A program made the position numbers and the translations under genes. DNA of 64,000 nucleotides from a virus, in the IMG/VR virus record IMGVR_UViG_3300031823_000001, positions 97,741 through 161,740 of that record; one strand, written 5' to 3'. Positions 56,858-64,000 of this stretch are shown piece by piece. Below the pieces are notes generated by a model. It did not search any database, was not told the origin of the DNA, and worked only from the letters and a program-made list of their open reading frames with translations. Positions within the stretch are counted from its first letter, which is position 1. The number at the start of each line of letters is the position of its first letter.

Positions 56858-58578
56858 TGGCCCGGCCGGACTACTCCCCGGGTGCCCGCACGGGGCTCAT
56901 GTGGGCTACCGCGTCTGACCCGGACGGGGACGGGGACAATGACTCGACGCCGCAGGGCGACACCGACCACGACTGGTGGAGCACCGACGGGCGGCCGATG
57001 CGCTCGCAGGCCGCGTCGGGGCTGCCGCAGGTCCAGCAGCACACCGACCCGAACAACCAGCCCGACCCCGAGGGCGACCAGCTCCCGGTGGGGGTGGCGT
57101 TCCCGCTGGGCGACAACTCGCCCAGCTCCACGTTCCGCCAGGAGTGGTCCACCGGGCCGGACGGTCCGCAGCCGCGCACGGCGAAGGCCGACCTCGCGGC
57201 GGGGGACGCCGAGGCGCTCGGCAAGGCGGCGGCCACCCGGGGGGAGCGCCCGCAGCACAAGGACAAGTTCGGGCACAGTGCCGTCCAGCACGGCCGCTAC
57301 CTGTCCGCGTGGAACGAGACGGCCGGGCTGATGCACGGCGCGGTCGGCCGCGCGGCGATGAGCCGCGACGAGTACGCGCGGCACACCGGGCGCGCCGACC
57401 TGCACTCGCAGTACCTTGCCGCCTACGCCCAGGGACGGCGGATGAACTCCGACTCCTCGGCGCTGTACCGGGCTGACGCCGAAGGGCAGGCGACCGCTTC
57501 GCTGCGCCGCCAGGCGGACACCTGGAGCCAGCCGCGCCAGTCCACCGACGACATCAGCCCGCCGTTCAACTCGGCTGCCACCTCTCCGGACCCGTGGTCG
57601 CAGAACGAGGACGGCGGAGACTTCCAGGCCGGCCTGAGTGCCGGGCAGTCGGACCGGGCCGCAGGGGAGCGTCCGCTGTTCGCCGACAACAGCTCGGGGG
57701 TCTCGCCGTACGTCAAGGGCTACGCCCAGGGCTACGGCGGCTCCCAGGGCCCCGCAGGGCCGCAGGACGTGCCCCGCTCGATGGGCGGCGACTCCGGGCA
57801 GGCACAGAACGCTCAGGAGGCCCAGCGGGCCTTCCAGGTGGCCAGGGCGTCCCGCACCGCGTCGCTGCGGCGCGTATCGGCCGCGTTCGCCCCCGACTCG
57901 CTGATGGACGACCCTGAGTTCCGCAAGGCATACAAGTACTCCTTCATCTGGGAGCCGGGCGTGCCGCTGGTGAAGAAGGGATCGGCCCGGTTCGAGGCTG
58001 GCCTGTACGCGGGGATCACCGACCAGCCGGCCAAGCAGCAGGCGTGGCTCGCAGAGCATGCCCGGTTCGCCTCGTGCTTCCCCGAGCTGGGACGCCGCGT
58101 CGAGCTGCACGAGGCGTTCACCCGCAAGACCGGGGCCGCGCGCGGCGTTTACGTTCGCCAGGCGGGTACCTCCACCGACCTGGTCACCGACGGACCGGGC
58201 ACCTCACCGGACCCGATGGGCTCCACACCGCTGAACGGCCCGGGGGCGCCCCCGCCGATGGGCGGCCTGTCCGACCCGGCCCAGCAGGGGGGAGCGCCGC
58301 CGTACCAGGGTGCCCCGCCGCTGCCCGGCGGCCCGGTGGTCCCCGACGACGTCATGGGCCAGCCGCAGCAGCAGCCGCAGCCGAACGGGCCGACGGTGCA
58401 GACGTACTCGGGGATGCACCCGGAGAACGCGCAGCTTGCCCCCACGGCGCCCAACAGCGCCGACCAGAGCGGCTACACGAACCGATCGGCGTACAGCGGT
58501 GATCCGCGCGGCAACGACCGCCTGGCGGCCTTCAGGCGCACTGTCCAGGCCAATCTGGCGACGATGGGAGCACGGTGA
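56857..58578 (+). CDS. Putative head/scaffold-associated protein B
   Basis: AGGAGG RBS; shares ASGLPQ....DPNNQP with protein A; TASLRR motifs. Confidence 0.6.
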   Translation: MARPDYSPGARTGLMWATASDPDGDGDNDSTPQGDTDHDWWSTDGRPMRSQAASGLPQVQQHTDPNNQPDPEGDQLPVGVAFPLGDNSPSSTFRQEWSTGPDGPQPRTAKADLAAGDAEALGKAAATRGERPQHKDKFGHSAVQHGRYLSAWNETAGLMHGAVGRAAMSRDEYARHTGRADLHSQYLAAYAQGRRMNSDSSALYRADAEGQATASLRRQADTWSQPRQSTDDISPPFNSAATSPDPWSQNEDGGDFQAGLSAGQSDRAAGERPLFADNSSGVSPYVKGYAQGYGGSQGPAGPQDVPRSMGGDSGQAQNAQEAQRAFQVARASRTASLRRVSAAFAPDSLMDDPEFRKAYKYSFIWEPGVPLVKKGSARFEAGLYAGITDQPAKQQAWLAEHARFASCFPELGRRVELHEAFTRKTGAARGVYVRQAGTSTDLVTDGPGTSPDPMGSTPLNGPGAPPPMGGLSDPAQQGGAPPYQGAPPLPGGPVVPDDVMGQPQQQPQPNGPTVQTYSGMHPENAQLAPTAPNSADQSGYTNRSAYSGDPRGNDRLAAFRRTVQANLATMGAR

Positions 58579-59579
58579 TGGACGACCTTTGGACGATCGC
58601 CAGCGAGGACCACGAGGGCCTCGCCCGCCAGGCGGCACTGGCGCGGGCGGACGCCGAGCTGGAGGGCGTGATGCCGTTCCTGCTCGCTTCCCGCACCCCG
58701 GGCGAGTTCGAGCACCGGGCGTCGCTCGCCGAGGACTCGTTCGTGGCCATCGCGGCGCGCGGTGACCTGGACCTGGGCGACCTGATCGCAGTCGCCCGGC
58801 GCCGCTACGAGCTGTACCGCGAGGCCCTCGCGGAGGACGTAGACCCGGTGATCTCGCTGGAGCCGCTGCTGAACGGCGGCGGCTTCGGCAGCGGGCCGGA
58901 GCGGGCCGACAGCCACACCGAGGGGCCCGACTACTCGGGCGGCTACTCCGAGGTCCCGCCGGGCGCACCGGGCGGCCCCGACCCGCAGGTGACCCAGGTG
59001 CGGCCGGAGACGCCGGGCCAGGTGACCCAGGCGACAGGCTCGCTGCGCAGGCGGGCGGACGCCGACCCGGGCTCGATGATGATGAGCCCGTACATGCCGC
59101 CGGACCTCGGCACCGGGGACGGGTCGGTGGACATGAGCACGCCCAGCGGCGGCACTGACGGGCTGACGCCGAGCATCCCCGCCGGGACGCAGGGCGGCGG
59201 AGGCACCGCCCCCGTCGGCCAGCCGACGAGCAAGCCCGGTGTGTCTTCGACGGCCAGCGCCGACCCGGTGCACTCGCGGGTGCTGCGGGCGACGGCGGTG
59301 ATCGCGCAGGCGAACCCGGGGCTGCCCCGCGCCGAGTGCGAACGGCTGGGCCGCACGGTGGTGGCCCGCTACCTGCGGGAGGCGGACCTGACCGACTCGG
59401 TGATGGGCAACGGCCCGGTGAACGGCGGGGGCGGGGGGTCCGGCGGTTCGGGCTCGGGGGGCGGCACCGGGCTGGCCGGGCACGTGCTGGAGGGCCAGGG
59501 TATCCGGAGCCTGATCAGCGGCGGCGCGGGTGAGGCTGCCGAAGGCCTGGCGGAAGCGGCCCCGCTGCTGGCCCTGTAG
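58578..59579 (+). CDS. Putative head/scaffold-associated protein C
   Basis: Coupled start; shares G.GPER.D.HT and Y.EVP.G.PG with protein A. Confidence 0.6.
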   Translation: MDDLWTIASEDHEGLARQAALARADAELEGVMPFLLASRTPGEFEHRASLAEDSFVAIAARGDLDLGDLIAVARRRYELYREALAEDVDPVISLEPLLNGGGFGSGPERADSHTEGPDYSGGYSEVPPGAPGGPDPQVTQVRPETPGQVTQATGSLRRRADADPGSMMMSPYMPPDLGTGDGSVDMSTPSGGTDGLTPSIPAGTQGGGGTAPVGQPTSKPGVSSTASADPVHSRVLRATAVIAQANPGLPRAECERLGRTVVARYLREADLTDSVMGNGPVNGGGGGSGGSGSGGGTGLAGHVLEGQGIRSLISGGAGEAAEGLAEAAPLLAL

Positions 59580-59586
59580 AAACGCT

Positions 59587-59618
59587 GAGGCCGCCGGGAG
59601 CGGGGTTCCGGCGGCCTC
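59587..59618. terminator. Hairpin between convergent genes
   Basis: GAGGCCGCCGG / CCGGCGGCCTC. Confidence 0.7.
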
Positions 59619-59681
59619 GTGCTGCGGAGGCGTTTGCTTTCGGGGGAGCATTTTGTGCCTCTGCGGGTCACTATAGCGTCG

Positions 59682-60233
59682 TTACGCGGTCTTCTTCCTG
59701 GCGTTCATCGACTTGAGCAGCTCGGCCATCTGGAAGTCGGCGATCCTGGTGCCGTTGATCGTGCGGAAGGAGAGGGCGGTGTAGCCGTCCCTCGCGAGCT
59801 GGCGGATCATCGACCGGCCGCCCTTCAGGGCGTGCGCCCTGGTGGTCAGGCCGAGGTCCCAGGGGTAGGCCCATCCCGGCTGCATCATTCCGTCGTCCGG
59901 CTGGCCCGGCTTGTAGAGCGCGTTGATGATCACCCGGTGAGTGCCGAAGTAGGCGCGGACCACCGGGGCGGTCGCCTCGACGAGGGGGACGACCGCCATG
60001 ACGTAGTGCTCGTCGGAATTCAGCAGGCCGGGGCGCACCTGGTGCGCGACCGCCCTGGTGCGCCTGGTCACCGAGTCGTGCGAGGTCCCGACGGCGACGA
60101 CCTTACGGGGGAAGTCGTTCTCCGCGTCCGGGTACATCAGGACCCCGGCTACGGTGTAGTCCCCGGCAGTCTTGTACTCGATCGCCTCGCCGAATGCCTC
60201 GGCGATCATCGTCTTGCTGGTGCGTCCGGCCAT
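59682..60233 (-). CDS. Hypothetical protein
   Basis: GAGGAGG RBS downstream of the conserved promoter. Confidence 0.7.
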   Translation of the reverse strand: MAGRTSKTMIAEAFGEAIEYKTAGDYTVAGVLMYPDAENDFPRKVVAVGTSHDSVTRRTRAVAHQVRPGLLNSDEHYVMAVVPLVEATAPVVRAYFGTHRVIINALYKPGQPDDGMMQPGWAYPWDLGLTTRAHALKGGRSMIRQLARDGYTALSFRTINGTRIADFQMAELLKSMNARKKTA

Positions 60234-60268
60234 CAGGTCCTCCTCGTCGCTTCGTTCCTTGCACGAGG

Positions 60269-60298
60269 AGCTTATCAAGAAAAGCTGTATTGTCACAA
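60269..60298 (-). promoter_or_regulatory. Conserved promoter motif
   Basis: TTGTGA-CAATACAGCTTTTCTTGA-TAAGCT. Confidence 0.85.
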
Positions 60299-60313
60299 GG
60301 GGATTACCAGGCG

Positions 60314-60347
60314 CAGAGGCCCGGGTCACCGTTGACCCGGGCCTCTG
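60314..60347 (-). terminator. Hairpin terminator
   Basis: CAGAGGCCCGGGTCA / TGACCCGGGCCTCTG. Confidence 0.75.
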
Positions 60348-60361
60348 GCGGTGCGGCGGTG

Positions 60362-61333
60362 CTACGGGGTTACGACGTTGATCCAGCCCGTCTGCGCGTG
60401 GGGGAGCGGCTGGCGGTTCGCGCCGGCCGGGATCAGCTCGATGTCGTAGGTGTGCCCCGGCTTGAGGCCCTCCCAGAAGCCGACAGTGCCCCCGGTGAAG
60501 CCCAGGTGCGGCGAGCCGGCCGGGCTGAAGCCGTAGCCGAACGTGCGGGTCAGGACGTAGTGCACGCCGGGGCCGTCCTTCCAGCCCAGCTCGACCCGGG
60601 TGGGCAGCAGCGAGCCCGGCACCACGTGGCCGTCGTACAGGTGCGGCAGGATGCAGGTCTTGCCGGTGATGTTGCCGTCGGCCGGGAGGTTCCCGTCCCC
60701 GTTGGTCCCGGAGTCGGTCCAGGTCTCGCAGTCAGTGGAGTACGTCCAGTCCCAGCCGTTGCCGCCGCTGGTGTAGGCGCCTGTCACGCTGGCCTGGGCG
60801 CTGGCCGCGAACGCCTGCCTGAACCAGTCGGTGGTGGTGTCGGCGCTGGCAGCCGGAGAGGCGAAATTGTCGTTCTGGGTCTTCTCGGCGTACCCGGCGC
60901 TGGGGATGTCGGCGGCCGGGGCGTAGAGCACGTACGTCGCGGTGCCCTCCATCGTGCCCTTCGCGGACCTGAGGATCTTCACGCCTGCGACAGCCTGGTT
61001 GGGGGCGTCACTGCCGACAACCGCGTTGAACTGGCCGCTGTCGCTCACCTCAGCCGTGTAGCAGGTGTCCTCGCTCGCGTCGAAGTTACTCAGCTCCGCA
61101 GCGGTGCAGACCGAGGCGGCGGCGGCGTCCATCGTCAGCGTGCGGTTGAAGTCGTCGTATGCCCACGCGTTGCCGCCGTTGCCCGAGTCAGGGTGGTTGA
61201 GCACCCGGGTGACGGCCTTGACCAGCGGGGCACTGGCCGCCTGGCCCGAGGTCGTGGCGAACGCCGCGCCTGCGCCAGTGGCGACGAACGCCGCTGCGGC
61301 TATGCCGATAAGCCCGTTTCGGTTCAGCTTCAT
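60362..61333 (-). CDS. Secreted protein with signal peptide and FN3-like C-terminus
   Basis: MKLNRNGLIGIAAAAFVATGAGAAFA; GLKPGHTYDI. Confidence 0.7.
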   Translation of the reverse strand: MKLNRNGLIGIAAAAFVATGAGAAFATTSGQAASAPLVKAVTRVLNHPDSGNGGNAWAYDDFNRTLTMDAAAASVCTAAELSNFDASEDTCYTAEVSDSGQFNAVVGSDAPNQAVAGVKILRSAKGTMEGTATYVLYAPAADIPSAGYAEKTQNDNFASPAASADTTTDWFRQAFAASAQASVTGAYTSGGNGWDWTYSTDCETWTDSGTNGDGNLPADGNITGKTCILPHLYDGHVVPGSLLPTRVELGWKDGPGVHYVLTRTFGYGFSPAGSPHLGFTGGTVGFWEGLKPGHTYDIELIPAGANRQPLPHAQTGWINVVTP

Positions 61334-61433
61334 GCAGTTCCTTCCTTAACCTGAAATGTCAAGGAAGACCATAGCCCACTCAGGGTCACTCTCGCCCGCG
61401 TAAAGCCCGTTCCGTTATATCTGTGCCCTGTTG

Positions 61434-62021
61434 TCACAAAGATACCGACGCGCGGACGAACCGCATGATGCTCCAGCGGTAACGCCGTTCGAAGGCGAGG
61501 ATACGGGCTGCCTCGGCGGCATTGCCGTGGCCCTCGAACGGGCGGTAGGTGAAGCGCCCGCTCCTGAATGCCCAGTAATTCGACTTCACCCGGTTGTGGG
61601 CGCCGCACAGGGTGCAGAAATTCCAGAACGACGTCCGGCCGCCGAGCGACCAGGGGCGCACGTGGTCGAGGTTGAGGTCAGCGCTGCTGTGGCACCAGGG
61701 CAGGCAGCACATGTGCCTGTCGGCCGCGTAGACGATCCTCCGCAGCCGCTTGCTGACCCCCGGCCGGTACGGCTGGCCCCGGCGCCACCAGGTCCGCCAC
61801 GAGCACGGCACGAGGGCTCCAGGCGCCTCGATCGCCAGGAGGACGACCAGCGGGTAGAAGAGGCTGACCAGCAGCCCGGTGACGACCAGGCCGGCGAAGC
61901 CCAGCACGCCGCCCGGGGTGTTGTCCGCCAGCCAGCCGAAGAACGCGAACACCCCCGGCAGCGCCCAGCGGCCGAGGGTGCGCGCGGGAGCGCGGTGCCT
62001 GGCGGCACTGCTCGTCGTCAT
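61434..62021 (-). CDS. Membrane-anchored HNH nuclease
   Basis: Two TM helices then C..C...LDHVRPWSLGG.T...N..TLCGAHNRVKS. Confidence 0.8.
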   Translation of the reverse strand: MTTSSAARHRAPARTLGRWALPGVFAFFGWLADNTPGGVLGFAGLVVTGLLVSLFYPLVVLLAIEAPGALVPCSWRTWWRRGQPYRPGVSKRLRRIVYAADRHMCCLPWCHSSADLNLDHVRPWSLGGRTSFWNFCTLCGAHNRVKSNYWAFRSGRFTYRPFEGHGNAAEAARILAFERRYRWSIMRFVRASVSL

Positions 62022-62033
62022 GGTGCGCTCCTG

Positions 62034-62198
62034 CTAGATGTGGGTGATGAAGACGCCGATGCGGTTGGCGACGACCGGGATGTAGCCGAGGAGGCCGTGG
62101 ACCCGGTCAGCCCAGCCGACCGGGTCGTCCCAGATGCCGACGACCAGCACGATGACGATGATCCACACGAACGGGTGCCACTGCGGGATCCACCTCAT
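62034..62198 (-). CDS. Small membrane protein (54 aa, not in the ORF track)
   Basis: MRWIPQWHPFVWIIVIVLVVGIW...; GGAGG RBS. Confidence 0.6.
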   Translation of the reverse strand: MRWIPQWHPFVWIIVIVLVVGIWDDPVGWADRVHGLLGYIPVVANRIGVFITHI

Positions 62199-62477
62199 TT
62201 AAATTCTTCCTCCCTCGACGGCGCCCCTGGCGAGGCCCATAAGAGTGTTGACGCTGTCGGCCAGGCTGCTTACGTCGGCCTGGAGTCCGGCGATCGTCCG
62301 GTCCTTGACTGCCTTGTCGCGCTCTAGGACGATGACGTCGTGCTCCAGGGACTGCACGCGCCGTTCGAGCATGTCCAGGTCGTGCTCTTCGGCCGCGCCG
62401 ATGTCGCGCGGCGTGTGGCTGTGCCGGTCGTCGGCTACGCCCTGGACCTCGCTGGCGTAATGGCTGTGGTCGCTCAT
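62199..62477 (-). CDS. Small coiled-coil protein
   Basis: GAGAGG RBS; heptad pattern. Confidence 0.6.
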   Translation of the reverse strand: MSDHSHYASEVQGVADDRHSHTPRDIGAAEEHDLDMLERRVQSLEHDVIVLERDKAVKDRTIAGLQADVSSLADSVNTLMGLARGAVEGGRI

Positions 62478-62489
62478 GATCCCTCTCAT

Positions 62490-62510
62490 GATACAGGTTT
62501 TCTTGATATA
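62490..62510 (+). promoter_or_regulatory. Conserved motif, inverted relative to the downstream minus-strand gene
   Basis: GATACAGGTTTTCTTGATATA. Confidence 0.7.
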
Positions 62511-62525
62511 CGGACTTGAATAACC

Positions 62526-62558
62526 GGGCCCGGCTCCAGGGGAAGAGGAGCCGGGCCC
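62526..62558 (-). terminator. Hairpin terminator
   Basis: GGGCCCGGCTCC / GGAGCCGGGCCC. Confidence 0.65.
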
Positions 62559-62564
62559 CGTGCG

Positions 62565-63506
62565 TCAGGCCGCGTGAGCGGCGTAGACGCTGAACTGGGT
62601 GAACGCCCACCCGACGGGGTTCTCTGGGTCACGGACGGCTTCAGCCCAGCCGGCGATGACGTCCTGCCACCGCTCGCTGCGGCCCAGCTCCAGCAGCAGC
62701 TCGATGTCGGCGGCGATCTCCTCGCGCACCGAGTCGTTCAGGCGGTCGCCGGCCCACTTGTCGCTTACTGCCTTGATGCCGGCCCAGCGGCGCTCCTGGG
62801 GTGTCTCCTTGCGGGGCTGCGCTGCCCTGGCCGCACGCTCCTGGAGCCGCGCCTCCTTCGCCTGGGCCGCCTGCTCGCGGGCCACGCGCCTAGCTTCGCG
62901 CTCTGCCTCCCGCTGCGCCCGGGTGATATCCCTGCGGGACTGGCACCACTCGACCGGGGCGTTCGGGAAGCACACGGAGCAGAGCGTCTCGCCGAGGCCC
63001 TCGAACCGGCCCTCGATACCGTGGATGGCCTCGTCGGCGGTCAGGCCGGAGTACTCGGTTGCCCAGCCCATGTCGGTGTCCCACCGGACTGTCTTGCATC
63101 CCCGGAGACTCGCGTGGATGTGGCCGTCAGCGTTCAGGCACGGGTAGTAGCGCAGCCATGCGCCCAGCGCGAGGTACTGGTTTTCAAGCTCCTCGGCCTG
63201 GAGGTTCAGCGCGGTGATGACGTCGCGGGCACTGGCGATCCGGGCGAGCAGCTCCGAGGGCCGCACCCGGTAGCTCAGGCTCTTCTCGTCGCTGCCGTTC
63301 GCCATCGCGGCCAGCGCTTCCTCGGCCTCGCTGTGGCTCATCTTCCAGTGCGAGCTGCCCAGGCCGCGCTTCTTGTCGCCGGCCATCCGGTGCACGGTGT
63401 CAATGAGCCGCTCCAGGCCGCGCGCTTCCATCGTCGCCCGCTGGATGACCGCGAACTCCTGCGCGTCAAACTGGGCCATCTCGTACTGGGTCAGGTCTGT
63501 CGTCAT
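62565..63506 (-). CDS. Hypothetical actinophage-type protein with H..C / CxxC Zn motif
   Basis: GHIHAS..C.T...LCSVCFPNAPVEW; GAGGAG RBS. Confidence 0.7.
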   Translation of the reverse strand: MTTDLTQYEMAQFDAQEFAVIQRATMEARGLERLIDTVHRMAGDKKRGLGSSHWKMSHSEAEEALAAMANGSDEKSLSYRVRPSELLARIASARDVITALNLQAEELENQYLALGAWLRYYPCLNADGHIHASLRGCKTVRWDTDMGWATEYSGLTADEAIHGIEGRFEGLGETLCSVCFPNAPVEWCQSRRDITRAQREAEREARRVAREQAAQAKEARLQERAARAAQPRKETPQERRWAGIKAVSDKWAGDRLNDSVREEIAADIELLLELGRSERWQDVIAGWAEAVRDPENPVGWAFTQFSVYAAHAA

Positions 63507-63541
63507 CAGGCTCTCCTCGCTGTGCGGTTCCTTGCAAGAGG

Positions 63542-63571
63542 AGCTTATCAAGAAAAGCTGTATTGCAACAA
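63542..63571 (-). promoter_or_regulatory. Conserved promoter motif
   Basis: TTGTTG-CAATACAGCTTTTCTTGA-TAAGCT. Confidence 0.85.
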
Positions 63572-63635
63572 GGGGAAATGCGAAGGGCCGCCCGGGATCG
63601 CCCGCGCAGCCCTTGCCCTGGAGGAGGACCAGGCT

Positions 63636-64000
63636 TTAAGTCCCCGGTGCGATGTAGGGGATGGTGTGCCCAGCGCCTACCCAGTAGTGCCCGAGCAGGC
63701 CGAGCAGCGTCACCAGGACGACTACCACGGTCATCGTCATGACGACTCCGGCATGGCTCTTGCGGATGTTGATGCTGACGTTCTTCCGCCACATGTCGCT
63801 GAACCGCTCGCGGATCACAGGCGGCATGATGGGGAGGCGCACCCACGCGGGGAGGATGTGGAGCCCGGCGTTGTTCAGCCGGACGGCCTCGTCGGTGCTG
63901 ATCTGCGCGGCCTCGACCTTGCCCTGCCAGTAGTCCACCGTCCGGTCGAGCTGGTACCCCTGGAGTGTCGCCCCGACGGGGGCCCAGTAGCGGTGCAGGA
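63636..64000 (-). CDS. 5'-truncated protein with C-terminal TM helix
   Basis: Open frame at the window edge; hydrophobic C-terminus. Confidence 0.5.
   Translation of the reverse strand, partial: LHRYWAPVGATLQGYQLDRTVDYWQGKVEAAQISTDEAVRLNNAGLHILPAWVRLPIMPPVIRERFSDMWRKNVSINIRKSHAGVVMTMTVVVVLVTLLGLLGHYWVGAGHTIPYIAPGT

Noticed and set aside
1-64000. tRNA, rRNA, IS elements, integrase or att sites
   Set aside because: None recognised by eye. tRNAscan-SE and Infernal would be needed to exclude RNA genes.

Overview
High-GC (actinobacterial) segment of a large tailed dsDNA phage or phage-plasmid genome. No capsid, portal or integrase gene was recognised in the window. Gene order: tail-fibre/adhesin C-terminus; divergent DinG and SNF2 helicases; GH25 endolysin and minor virion genes; a DivIVA-like gene next to an actinomycete TraB/Spd-type conjugation module; a replication and recombination block (FEN, Prim-Pol/SF3 helicase with a likely origin, J-like protein, gp32-like SSB, DnaE, RecA, resolvases); an HNH gene inserted at a duplicated terminase 5' end; the terminase large subunit; two giant polyproteins; UDG; three paralogous low-complexity putative head proteins; and minus-strand accessory genes. 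The main candidate new system is the polyprotein pair at 36710-52551. By eye it strings together about 30 small enzyme modules: about 17 ADP-ribosyltransferase-fold, 3 GNAT, 3 ParB/Srx, 2 2H-phosphoesterase, 1 nucleotidyltransferase and 1 zincin. The modules are separated by a recurrent [KRH]-[ETQ]-A-[AS] linker that also punctuates the putative head proteins, suggesting a protease-processed, virion-packaged effector arsenal. The two ORFs are joined by a candidate -1 frameshift signal (in-frame C CCA AAT, 7-nt spacer, 12-bp GC hairpin). A conserved AATACAGSTTTTCTTGATAA promoter/operator motif occurs at least 11 times. All family assignments come from motif recognition by eye; no database searches were run.
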